Positions 16,099 through 23,897 of a stretch of 34,674 nt of DNA are shown here, piece after piece (the stretch's first letter is position 1; the number at the start of each line of letters is the position of its first letter). This DNA is from a virus. Taxonomy: Duplodnaviria; Caudoviricetes. Under the pieces are notes generated by a model. The model ran no database searches, had not been told where the DNA came from, and saw nothing but the letters and a program-made list of their open reading frames with translations. The translations under genes were made by a program, and so were the position numbers. Location of the stretch: IMG/VR virus record IMGVR_UViG_3300032257_000074, positions 1 through 34,674 of that record. One strand, given 5' to 3'.

Positions 16099-16274
16099 TG
16101 AATTTAGTGATTGGAGGTAAATATAATTTTAAGCATCAGCCAGAACGATTGAAGTATATCGGTACTGAAAAAGGCTGGCATCAGTTTGAGCTTGTCGGAA
16201 TACAAGGCGTGTGGTGTGAGCTGCTGGATACTGAATTGCACATGATTGAATTAACCAAACACACAGGAGAGTAA
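16098..16274 (+). CDS. Hypothetical protein; its C-terminus (LTKHTGE) is encoded by repeat copy 1
   Basis: GGGAG RBS, TGATG overlap. Confidence 0.7.
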   Translation: MNLVIGGKYNFKHQPERLKYIGTEKGWHQFELVGIQGVWCELLDTELHMIELTKHTGE

Positions 16275-16462
16275 TGGTGATGACTTCGCATGAATTAGCA
16301 GCAAAATTATTAGATATGCCAGATAAGTTAATACATGCACAAGTTGTAGCAAATGACGGCACTGTATGGGATGTAAATTATGATTTTACAGATATTGAAT
16401 CAAGCTGGATGATTCAACTAAAGCTATGGCATAAAGAACTCGAGACTTTACCTAAAAATTAA
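16274..16462 (+). CDS. Array cassette gene 1, hypothetical
   Basis: Starts after repeat 1; stop codon is the TAA of repeat 2. Confidence 0.75.
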   Translation: MVMTSHELAAKLLDMPDKLIHAQVVANDGTVWDVNYDFTDIESSWMIQLKLWHKELETLPKN

Positions 16463-16485
16463 CCAAACACACAGGAGAGTAGATT

Positions 16486-16716
16486 ATGTCTTTTTTAAAA
16501 ACACATTATGAAGTTCACCAGTTTGGCAGTGCGGAGGCTCAAGAAACATGGAAGAAAGAAGGATTGATACCCGACAAGGTTAAATTCTGTGACGGGTTGA
16601 TGATGAGTAGTGACAGGGAATATGAGTTCACTAAAAATACTGATGACGTGGACTGCAAGAAATGCCAGAAAAAAATAGATATTTGGTGTATTAATAACTT
16701 TGATTTGCCGTACTAA
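16486..16716 (+). CDS. Array cassette gene 2, putative Zn-binding protein
   Basis: H...C...DVDCKKC; stop codon is the TAA of repeat 3. Confidence 0.7.
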   Translation: MSFLKTHYEVHQFGSAEAQETWKKEGLIPDKVKFCDGLMMSSDREYEFTKNTDDVDCKKCQKKIDIWCINNFDLPY

Positions 16717-16737
16717 CCAAACACACAGGAGATAGTG

Positions 16738-17013
16738 ATGCCAAATAAAAGACAGCAATTAACCGAACTTGATTTCGCTAAAGCACTCGAAGGTATTCAA
16801 ATAAAGCTAGAGTTTCGCCAAAAACAAAAAGGAATGCATACTTATGCCAGCATCCATGAGGCTCTCGGTATTCTTCAGGAAGAAATGACAGAATTTGAAA
16901 ACGAAGTACACGGTAAGCTGTCCAGAAACCTTCAGATTGAAGAACTAAAAGATATTGCAGTTGCTGCTATCTGGGCTATCGCCTCAATCGAGTCTAACGG
17001 TATTGATTGGTAA
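16738..17013 (+). CDS. Array cassette gene 3, MazG-like nucleotide pyrophosphohydrolase fold
   Basis: HEALGILQEEMTEFENEV...EELKDIAVAAI (EExxE...ExxD). Confidence 0.6.
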   Translation: MPNKRQQLTELDFAKALEGIQIKLEFRQKQKGMHTYASIHEALGILQEEMTEFENEVHGKLSRNLQIEELKDIAVAAIWAIASIESNGIDW

Positions 17014-17039
17014 TTAACCAAACACACAGGAGAGTAATA

Positions 17040-17270
17040 ATGATTGAAGAACAAGAAGATATGGACGATGAAGAATTAGGTTTTTTGATGTCAAATCAGA
17101 TCAATACATTAGCAGCTTTGTTTTATCAAAGTGACGGACGTATTTTTGACCCTACAATTGATTTCAGGGGTTCAAATCACCCAGAAGAAAAAGGGTGCTG
17201 GAATAAATCAATAATAGCGCATTCTTTTATTAATAATGACCAAGAATTGCTAAAGTTTCAGGTCAATTAA
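17040..17270 (+). CDS. Array cassette gene 4, acidic hypothetical protein
   Basis: MIEEQEDMDDEE...; starts after the SD of repeat 4, stops in repeat 5. Confidence 0.75.
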   Translation: MIEEQEDMDDEELGFLMSNQINTLAALFYQSDGRIFDPTIDFRGSNHPEEKGCWNKSIIAHSFINNDQELLKFQVN

Positions 17271-17295
17271 CCAAACACACAGGAGAGGGTAGGGT

Positions 17296-17469
17296 ATGAG
17301 TGATATAGCAGATAAAATAAAGAAAGTTGGTGATAGTTTAATCGATTTAGCCGAATCATTAAGTAGTGATGATTGTGAGATAACGGCTAATGAGCTACTT
17401 GAAAACATAGCGGGTAGATCAATTAGCTACGAAGATGCCACTCATATTGATCGGTATTTATCAAGCTAA
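17296..17469 (+). CDS. Array cassette gene 5, 57-aa acidic protein (not in ORF track)
   Basis: MSDIADKIKKVGDSLIDLAESLSSDDCEITANELLENIAGRSISYEDATHIDRYLSS. Confidence 0.7.
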   Translation: MSDIADKIKKVGDSLIDLAESLSSDDCEITANELLENIAGRSISYEDATHIDRYLSS

Positions 17470-17511
17470 ACAATAATCATCGTTACTATTCGATGGTAAG
17501 GGAGAGAGATT

Positions 17512-17829
17512 GTGAGTACAGCAAAATTAGATGATTTAATTAAAGCTATCGATGAGATAAATAAGATAGCCGCGCCAAAGAATGATTATCTTGGTATGAA
17601 TTTTAATAGCCAGTTTATGGGTATGCGGGTTTATGAAAAGCCATTGTTTCCAGTATTGCAGCTATCTAAAGACGTTGTTTGCACTGATGAGCGTAGAAAA
17701 AAGTTTAATCAATGGGCTATTGAGTTATTTGGATATAAAAGCGATGAGCCGGATATTGCTTACATGTTTAATAATAATATTCTTATGAGTCCAAGTTCAA
17801 TGGCTATGCTGATAAATACAACAGCATAA
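17512..17829 (+). CDS. Hypothetical phage protein
   Basis: GTG start with GGGAG RBS. Confidence 0.7.
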   Translation: MSTAKLDDLIKAIDEINKIAAPKNDYLGMNFNSQFMGMRVYEKPLFPVLQLSKDVVCTDERRKKFNQWAIELFGYKSDEPDIAYMFNNNILMSPSSMAMLINTTA

Positions 17830-17835
17830 ACAAAA

Positions 17836-17969
17836 ACGCCCTACCAAATTAATGAGATAGGGCGTATAATTGAGTCTAACCGGCTTACTTAGACTTGATC
17901 ATCTGAGGACAGCCTTTCCCTAGTTAGGGTTGCCGGTATCTTTAATAAACTAGGACAACTTGACTAGGG
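17836..17969. promoter_or_regulatory. Three stem-loops upstream of the replication genes; the first is a minus-strand terminator-like element
   Basis: acgcccta/tagggcgt with a minus-strand T tract; agtctaa/ttagact; ccctagtta/tgactaggg. Confidence 0.5.
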
Positions 17970-17977
17970 CTAAAAAA

Positions 17978-18118
17978 ATGAATAATCATTTCAAAAAAGC
18001 ATTACGCACTTCAAAAAACATCCACAAAAGAAAGCTCAAAAAGCGAGCTGCTAAATCAATCTGTAAGAACATTATAGCAGGTTTAGGGTTTGCTCAGAAA
18101 GATAAGAAGGATTCTTGA
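17978..18118 (+). CDS. 46-aa very basic protein (not in ORF track)
   Basis: MNNHFKKALRTSKNIHKRKLKKRAAKSICK...; ends 1 nt before the initiator ATG. Confidence 0.45.
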   Translation: MNNHFKKALRTSKNIHKRKLKKRAAKSICKNIIAGLGFAQKDKKDS

Positions 18119-18119
18119 T

Positions 18120-18800
18120 ATGGCTGCTTTACCATACATCCAATTATATGTAGCTGATTATCTCGCAGATACAATGCACCTAACAACAGAGGAGCATGGT
18201 GCATATTTATTAATTATAATGAACTACTGGCAAACAGGTAAACCGATACCAGAAAGCCGTTTAAATTCAGTCGCTAGATTATCCAACGACCGTTGGAATT
18301 CCGTTAAAGATTCGTTAAACGAGTTCTTTACAGTTGATGAAAATAACCGCTGGATACACGAAAGAATCGATCAAGATTTAGTAAAAGTTAAGTCTAAATC
18401 AACTCAAGCATCGATAGCTGGCAAGGCATCAGCAGAGAAAAGAGCTAAAGCGAAAGCTATTGATAATAAAGACAATTCCAGCGGGCGTTCAAATTCTGTT
18501 GAACGAAAATCCAACCATACAGATACAGATACAGATATAGATACAAAGATAAAGAAGAAAACAAAGGGCTTTATCAAGCCTACCATTCCAGAGATAAAAT
18601 CTTTTTTTGAAGAAAAAAAATATAACATCGATGCTGATGAATTTTTTCATCATTACGAGGCCAATGGATGGATGCGCGGGAAAACAAAGATAGTAAGCTG
18701 GAAGTCATGCGCTCAAACATGGTTAAAAAACAAAAATAACAATAAGCCGGTAAACGAAAGACCAAAGCCGGAAATATTCAAGGGGTTTAATAATGACTGA
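18120..18800 (+). CDS. YdaU/DUF1376-family replication initiator
   Basis: MAALPYIQLYVADYLADTMHLTTEEHGAYLL; C-terminal F..PTIPEI...FFHHYEANGW..GK...SWK; directly upstream of dnaB. Confidence 0.85.
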   Translation: MAALPYIQLYVADYLADTMHLTTEEHGAYLLIIMNYWQTGKPIPESRLNSVARLSNDRWNSVKDSLNEFFTVDENNRWIHERIDQDLVKVKSKSTQASIAGKASAEKRAKAKAIDNKDNSSGRSNSVERKSNHTDTDTDIDTKIKKKTKGFIKPTIPEIKSFFEEKKYNIDADEFFHHYEANGWMRGKTKIVSWKSCAQTWLKNKNNNKPVNERPKPEIFKGFNND

Positions 18801-20061
18801 AATAGCAGCCGAGTGGTCACTGATTGGCGAACTACTAAACAACAATTCATCAATAAGCGATATTGATTTAATTGCAGAAGATTTTGAAAACCAAGAACAC
18901 GCAGAAATATACAAAGCTATATTGCATTTAATTAACACTAATCAAATAGCCAATTTTGTGACGGTTAGTGCTTATCTTGACGAAACAACAGGCAAACGCT
19001 GGATGTCTATTGTCGGAGGTATCGCAAAAGAAGCTGGGCGGCTTGTAGGTAGCATTAAAACTTACGCAGGTATCATTAAGACAGAATCTAAAAAAAGAGC
19101 CGTAAAGATGATTTGCGCGGATATATTAAATTCTGTTGATTCTGACATTGGCGTAGTTGATCGAGCCATAAAAGAATTAATGCTAGTGGATAATACAAAG
19201 ACAAACCACACCAAAGAAATAGGCGAATCTATGCGTATGGCGCTAGAAGATTTAGAAAGAGCCAGAACAGCGGAAGGGCTAACAGGCATAGAAACAGGGC
19301 TTAATAGTCTAAATGAAATAACCGGAGGATTTCAAAACAGTGATTTGATAGTTGTAGCTGGTCGCCCCGCAATGGGAAAGACAGCAATAATGCTTAATCA
19401 AGTTATAGCTGGTGAAGTGTCTTGTGGTGTGTTCTCAACTGAAATGTCCCACAATCAGGCAGCCGGTAGAATGTTAGCGATTGACTCAGGTGTGACAGCG
19501 GAATCTATGAGGCTTGGTAATTTGAAAGACGAAGAATATCCAATGTTGACAGCTTCTTGCGCTAGATTTTCGTCAAGAAAAATATATACCTACGATAAAT
19601 CAGCACCAACTATTGAAGAAATAGCCAGAGAAGCGCGAAAGATGAAATTCAAATACGATATAAAAATATTATTTGTTGATTATATACAACGGCTCTCAGG
19701 TGATAAGAAACTACCTAAACATATCCAGATAGATCATATCTGCCAAGGTTTAAAGTCATTGGCAAAAGAGCTTAATATACCTGTTGTTGCATTGGCTCAA
19801 GTCAATCGTAAAGTTGAAGAGCGTAATAATAAGCGACCTATGATGAGTGATTTGAAAGATGCTGGTGCTATTGAGCAAGAAGCGGATTTAATTATCACAT
19901 TGTACCGTGATGAGGTTTACGACCAAGAAAGCCAAGACAAGGGGTCAATCGAAATAGGTATTGTAAAAAACAGGCATGGTGATTGCAGAACCATAAAATG
20001 TACTTGGATAGGTAAATCAATGAGAGTTAGAGATTATGTACCAGAATACGCTAATTATTAA
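18793..20061 (+). CDS. dnaB: DnaB-like replicative helicase
   Basis: AGRPAMGKT, VDYIQ, LKSLAKEL, RP.MSDLKDAGAIEQEAD, KNRHG. Confidence 0.95.
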   Translation: MTEIAAEWSLIGELLNNNSSISDIDLIAEDFENQEHAEIYKAILHLINTNQIANFVTVSAYLDETTGKRWMSIVGGIAKEAGRLVGSIKTYAGIIKTESKKRAVKMICADILNSVDSDIGVVDRAIKELMLVDNTKTNHTKEIGESMRMALEDLERARTAEGLTGIETGLNSLNEITGGFQNSDLIVVAGRPAMGKTAIMLNQVIAGEVSCGVFSTEMSHNQAAGRMLAIDSGVTAESMRLGNLKDEEYPMLTASCARFSSRKIYTYDKSAPTIEEIAREARKMKFKYDIKILFVDYIQRLSGDKKLPKHIQIDHICQGLKSLAKELNIPVVALAQVNRKVEERNNKRPMMSDLKDAGAIEQEADLIITLYRDEVYDQESQDKGSIEIGIVKNRHGDCRTIKCTWIGKSMRVRDYVPEYANY

Positions 20062-20095
20062 ATCAAATTAAAAACAGAGTAAGGGGATAGTATTT

Positions 20096-20284
20096 ATGAC
20101 AGATCAATGCAAACACTGTGATTTACGCGGTGATATTAACAAATGCTTATCGACTGAATGCTTACAGCATGAAAACTGGTATGCAATCGAACAACAAAAG
20201 GAAATTGATAATTTAAGGAATGCTTTATCAGGTGCAGAAATAAGACTGAGAAAAGCAGAGGATCGAAATACTAACGGCTTTTAA
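20096..20284 (+). CDS. Small Cys-rich hypothetical protein
   Basis: CxxC...C...C..H; AAGGGG RBS. Confidence 0.65.
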   Translation: MTDQCKHCDLRGDINKCLSTECLQHENWYAIEQQKEIDNLRNALSGAEIRLRKAEDRNTNGF

Positions 20285-20310
20285 CCACCACTAACAGTAA
20301 GGGGTAGAGA

Positions 20311-20454
20311 ATGGATAAAGCAGAAAAAGTAATTTTAATATTTATGATCTTCGTATTGGCTGGTATTTTTTATTCAATGTATATCGGCAATAGCGATTGT
20401 ATAGAGTCAGGCGGTGATTATGTCAGAGGCTTATTCTGGTTTAAGTGTATTTAG
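20311..20454 (+). CDS. 47-aa single-TM protein (not in ORF track)
   Basis: MDKAEKVILIFMIFVLAGIFYSMYIGNSDCIESGGDYVRGLFWFKCI. Confidence 0.65.
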   Translation: MDKAEKVILIFMIFVLAGIFYSMYIGNSDCIESGGDYVRGLFWFKCI

Positions 20455-20535
20455 AAATAACCCAAACAGGTGATACACAAAGACAGGTATAGACAATAAT
20501 CTATACTAACTTGATTAAGTATAGGTATAAACAGG

Positions 20536-20564
20536 TTGATAGTCTTAATAAGATTAGGTAGGAT
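20536..20564 (+). promoter_or_regulatory. Internal sigma70-type promoter with a palindrome in the spacer
   Basis: TTGATA-17 nt-TAGGAT; spacer contains TCTTA-A-TAAGA. Confidence 0.6.
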
Positions 20565-20596
20565 GTAGTTATTGAAACAGCTAAGAGGGTGCTGGA

Positions 20597-20812
20597 ATGA
20601 ACACATACGAAATAGAAATTAACACAACTTTTGCAGGAAAAGAATGTATTGAAAAAACAATAATTTCTCCAGACCCGAAAAGAGAAGGGATGTATAAAAG
20701 CTCACGAAGTTATAGCAATGATGGATTCAAAAGAAAACGTATTGATTTGTACGGGAAATGCAACCAACCAGCATTACTAGAAAAAATTAAAAAAGCTAAA
20801 AAGGTTGTATAA
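20597..20812 (+). CDS. Hypothetical protein
   Basis: GAGGG RBS; first gene after the internal promoter. Confidence 0.7.
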   Translation: MNTYEIEINTTFAGKECIEKTIISPDPKREGMYKSSRSYSNDGFKRKRIDLYGKCNQPALLEKIKKAKKVV

Positions 20813-20814
20813 AA

Positions 20815-20991
20815 ATGACTAAATCAAAGAAGCAGATAAACGCGGATCATTACCAAAAGAAGAAAGCAGAGGGCTGGTTTTCATTCATCAAGCGTGTTCA
20901 TAAAGATGATATACAGCCGATTAGCAAGCAGGAAATAGAGGCATTTTGCCAAGCTAAAGCAAGAAAGGATATTGAAGGGGTAAAGAAATGA
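20815..20991 (+). CDS. 58-aa putative ribbon-helix-helix-like DNA-binding protein (not in ORF track)
   Basis: MTKSKKQINADHYQKKKAEGWFSFIKRVHKDD...EIEAFCQ. Confidence 0.5.
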   Translation: MTKSKKQINADHYQKKKAEGWFSFIKRVHKDDIQPISKQEIEAFCQAKARKDIEGVKK

Positions 20992-21119
20992 TTATAACTT
21001 GTCAGGTTTTTAAAAAGCGGGTCAAGCGTTTAATAATTCCGAAAACAAGCACATTAAAACGAAAGGCTCCTAGCAGAGATAAACCAATTATGGCGACTAA
21101 TTCATGGGTGAAAAAATGA
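20988..21119 (+). CDS. 43-aa basic hypothetical protein (not in ORF track)
   Basis: ATGA overlaps at both ends. Confidence 0.5.
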   Translation: MIITCQVFKKRVKRLIIPKTSTLKRKAPSRDKPIMATNSWVKK

Positions 21120-21418
21120 CTTATATAACAGATTATAACCCTAGGACACCACGCTCAAGAAACACAGACCCATTATCAAGTTATCTAGCTGATAAAGAAA
21201 TCACTCAGTCAGGCACAAGGGAAAAGCAAATACAGCAATGCGTAAACGCTGTTAAAAATAACCAAGGCTACACTAGCAAAGAATTATCAGTATTAACGGG
21301 TATAGACCGTTACACGCTAGGCAGACGACTACCAGAAAGCGCACAACTTAAAAAAGGGCGTATGCGTAAATGCTCGATTACCAATAAAAGCGCGGTTACT
21401 TGGGAATTGAATGACTGA
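21116..21418 (+). CDS. Winged-helix DNA-binding protein
   Basis: RNTDPLSS, GYTSKELS..TGIDRYTLGRRLPE, RKCSIT...AVTW. Confidence 0.7.
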   Translation: MTYITDYNPRTPRSRNTDPLSSYLADKEITQSGTREKQIQQCVNAVKNNQGYTSKELSVLTGIDRYTLGRRLPESAQLKKGRMRKCSITNKSAVTWELND

Positions 21419-21794
21419 TTACAAACAACGCGCCTCTGATTACTCAGAATGGCCTAGATTTAGGGTTAAAGATTTGGCTCAGATTTTATACACAGAACAT
21501 GATTATGGTATTAAAGAGCTGGAGACAGAGTTTGAACGAACAATGACAACTTATTATCTTCCTGAATGGATAAAAACAGACAGAGCAGAGCTAATAAGAG
21601 CGCGTAAGCAAAGAGTAATTAAAAACCGCAGGGCATTGGCTAGGAAAGCAAAGAAAAAGCCGGTGAAGCTAAATAAGGCCGAAAAGGTAAAGGTAAAAGC
21701 AATGTCTAACAAGATCAGGAAGTTTGATATTAAATCAGTGAAAATTAATATTAAGCAATGCCCTGTAAATTTATGGTTAATGGGTGGTTTATGA
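21411..21794 (+). CDS. Basic hypothetical protein
   Basis: Coupled ORF, Lys/Arg-rich. Confidence 0.65.
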   Translation: MTDYKQRASDYSEWPRFRVKDLAQILYTEHDYGIKELETEFERTMTTYYLPEWIKTDRAELIRARKQRVIKNRRALARKAKKKPVKLNKAEKVKVKAMSNKIRKFDIKSVKINIKQCPVNLWLMGGL

Positions 21795-22150
21795 GCAAAA
21801 CTAACAAGCAAATAGCGCAAGACATAAACACAGAGCTATTGAGCGGCAAGAAAAAAGGCTGGATAAGAGCGAGTAAATTTATCACAGCAAGGGCTAAATG
21901 TGGCATTGAGTATAGCTGGCCTAATGCTGCATGGTTGGAATATAAGCGATTAACAGAAGTTAGGCCGTTTACTCGATCATCTTTTACAGGTCGTTTAACT
22001 AATCCTAATTGGTCAACACAAGAAGCTATTGATGGCTTAGCCAATGAAAACCCACGAATGACGCGCAAAAGAACGGCTGATAAAAACAGCGTGAGCGACA
22101 TTGATAAAAAGACATTAATTGATAATCATTTATTAGGTGCGTGGGTATGA
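21791..22150 (+). CDS. Hypothetical protein, possibly DNA-binding
   Basis: ATGA overlap; RL..PNWSTQEAI motif. Confidence 0.6.
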   Translation: MSKTNKQIAQDINTELLSGKKKGWIRASKFITARAKCGIEYSWPNAAWLEYKRLTEVRPFTRSSFTGRLTNPNWSTQEAIDGLANENPRMTRKRTADKNSVSDIDKKTLIDNHLLGAWV

Positions 22151-22377
22151 GTTCAGACTTTAAATGTCCGGTTAAAAAGAATGGAGTTGTATGCGGTCAT
22201 ATTATGAACCGATGCGACATAGGCTTTAATAATCATTTAAGATTTGCACATAAAGGTTTAAAGGATTGGCAAAGAACAGCATTAAAAATGAAGCATACGC
22301 CTGTCGAATCGGGATTTAGTCGGGCAGGAAGAACACAATATGAAAATGATTTATCTAACAAAGTAGGAATAAAATAA
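22147..22377 (+). CDS. C2H2-type zinc-finger protein
   Basis: [13 protein letters not shown]...FNNHLRFAH. Confidence 0.55.
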   Translation: MSSDFKCPVKKNGVVCGHIMNRCDIGFNNHLRFAHKGLKDWQRTALKMKHTPVESGFSRAGRTQYENDLSNKVGIK

Positions 22378-22871
22378 TGAGTAGAGGCGTAAATAAATGT
22401 ATTTTAGTAGGTCGATTAGGAAAAGACCCTGAAACAAGATACACAGCAAGCGGAACAGCCGTGACTAATTTCAGCCTAGCAACATCAGAAGAGTGGAAAG
22501 ATAAAAATTCTGGCGAGAAGCAAGAAAAAACAGAGTGGCATAATATTGTTACTTTTGGGAAACTTGCGGAAATTTGCGGTGAGTATCTTAAAAAAGGTTC
22601 TGAATGTTATGTTGAAGGCAGTTTAACAACAGAGAAGTGGACGGATAAATCGGGCAATGACCGTTACACGACAAAGATTAAATGCAATGAAATGCAAATG
22701 CTAGGCGGTAAATCAGAAAGCCAAGCCGGACAAGCTAATCAGAATCAGCAGCAAGGCCAAGGCGCTTATGCAAATAGCCCTGCAAGCCAAGCCGCAATAG
22801 ATGCGGGTAATGGCGGGGGTAATGCTTTTGATGATGATATACCCTTTGCTCCATTGTCAGAATACGGCTAA
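22377..22871 (+). CDS. ssb: Single-stranded DNA-binding protein
   Basis: [21 protein letters not shown], acidic DDDIPF tail. Confidence 0.97.
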   Translation: MSRGVNKCILVGRLGKDPETRYTASGTAVTNFSLATSEEWKDKNSGEKQEKTEWHNIVTFGKLAEICGEYLKKGSECYVEGSLTTEKWTDKSGNDRYTTKIKCNEMQMLGGKSESQAGQANQNQQQGQGAYANSPASQAAIDAGNGGGNAFDDDIPFAPLSEYG

Positions 22872-22879
22872 CCAAGTTC

Positions 22880-22930
22880 AGCCCTGCCAGTAATTAAACT
22901 AACACTTTAATTGGATGAGCTGGTGGGGCT
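22880..22930 (+). promoter_or_regulatory. Long RNA stem-loop after ssb
   Basis: agccctgccagt/gctggtggggct (12 bp with 3 G-U pairs) enclosing aattaaa/tttaatt. Confidence 0.5.
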
Positions 22931-23018
22931 AACATTAACAATAAGCTATAATAGCAATATGATCGAATATCCAGATTTCAAATTCCCACCAATAAACTTG
23001 ACTGTTTTAGGAAGTGAT

Positions 23019-23201
23019 ATGAATAATGAAACGAGAAACGATATAGAGAATGATGAGAATATGGGAGATGATTTTGGTCGCCTTCCTAACGAATGGCACA
23101 AGCAAAGCCAGAAAGACCCTCGATTTAGAATAAAGGGCGCACTCGAAAGACTCCGAGAAGAACAAGAAAAATACATAAATCGCTTTGAGCTTTCTATGTG
23201 A
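23019..23201 (+). CDS. Hypothetical protein
   Basis: AGGA RBS before the ATG at 23019. Confidence 0.55.
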   Translation: MNNETRNDIENDENMGDDFGRLPNEWHKQSQKDPRFRIKGALERLREEQEKYINRFELSM

Positions 23202-23207
23202 TATAAT
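23199..23207 (+). promoter_or_regulatory. Extended -10 promoter (putative late)
   Basis: TG-A-TATAAT; same TGATATAATC decamer as at 32591. Confidence 0.55.
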
Positions 23208-23238
23208 CGCAAATAACGAAACCTCAAGAGCAAAGAAA

Positions 23239-23511
23239 GTGCCTGATTCTCAACAGAAAGAGTATGATAGTATTCAAGAGGTTTTCAAATTGAGGCTGGA
23301 AATGGGCGATTGTAAAGTGTCCATCCGTGATGAAATGCAGAATAATTATCTACAGAAAAAAGAGTTTTATAGGCTAATATCTGTCGTTGTATTTGTTGCG
23401 GCTGGAACGGTTGGCCTAAATAATTACATGAATAAAGAAGTAAGCAAAACGGTTACAGAGAAATTCGAGAAAGCCACATCAGAAATAGTAAAAGCGATTA
23501 ACAAACAATAA
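23239..23511 (+). CDS. Single-TM protein, holin-associated
   Basis: Soluble N-terminus plus LISVVVFVAAGTVGL; GTG start is uncertain (23185 or 23239). Confidence 0.5.
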   Translation: MPDSQQKEYDSIQEVFKLRLEMGDCKVSIRDEMQNNYLQKKEFYRLISVVVFVAAGTVGLNNYMNKEVSKTVTEKFEKATSEIVKAINKQ

Positions 23512-23861
23512 TGTCACTCGCTGAATTACAAGCATATATAAGCAGCCTATTCACACCAGCGCAGCAATTCGCGTTTTTAATCATTGCTTTCTGTGTAATG
23601 GCGGTCACTCAGGTATTTAAAAAGACCTATTTTCCATTTTACCCGTTACCAAAAGCCAAAAGAGTCGCTTTAATATGGCTGTTCGCTTTTACATCCGGCT
23701 TATTTTTTGGTGTGGGCGCTTATTACATTGGGTTATCAAAGCAGCCATTTTGGTTTTGGGTCTTCACCGGAATAGTTAGCGGCTTTTTCTCAATTGGTGC
23801 GTTTAAATTCCTAGTTCAGATTGTTTGGTTTAGGTGGATACTACGCAAAAAATCTGAATAA
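23511..23861 (+). CDS. Putative holin (3 TM segments, basic C-terminus)
   Basis: Three hydrophobic helices, VTQVFKK motif, RKKSE tail. Confidence 0.6.
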   Translation: MSLAELQAYISSLFTPAQQFAFLIIAFCVMAVTQVFKKTYFPFYPLPKAKRVALIWLFAFTSGLFFGVGAYYIGLSKQPFWFWVFTGIVSGFFSIGAFKFLVQIVWFRWILRKKSE

Positions 23862-23897
23862 ATGTATAATGTACTTATCAATGATTAAGAGATAATT

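Larger units (their letters stand above)
16252..17286 (+). repeat. Five identical 19-nt direct repeats TAACCAAACACACAGGAGA between small genes
   Basis: Copies at 16252, 16460, 16714, 17015 and 17268; four extend to AATTAACCAAACACACAGGAGAG. Confidence 0.95.

Noticed and set aside
16252-17286. CRISPR array or integron attC interpretation of the 19-nt repeats
   Set aside because: Spacers are ~190-280 nt and each is a full ORF; the repeat has no dyad symmetry; no cas or intI gene is present
20066-20310. Second mini-array sharing agtaagggg
   Set aside because: Only 9 nt shared, mostly SD; two copies
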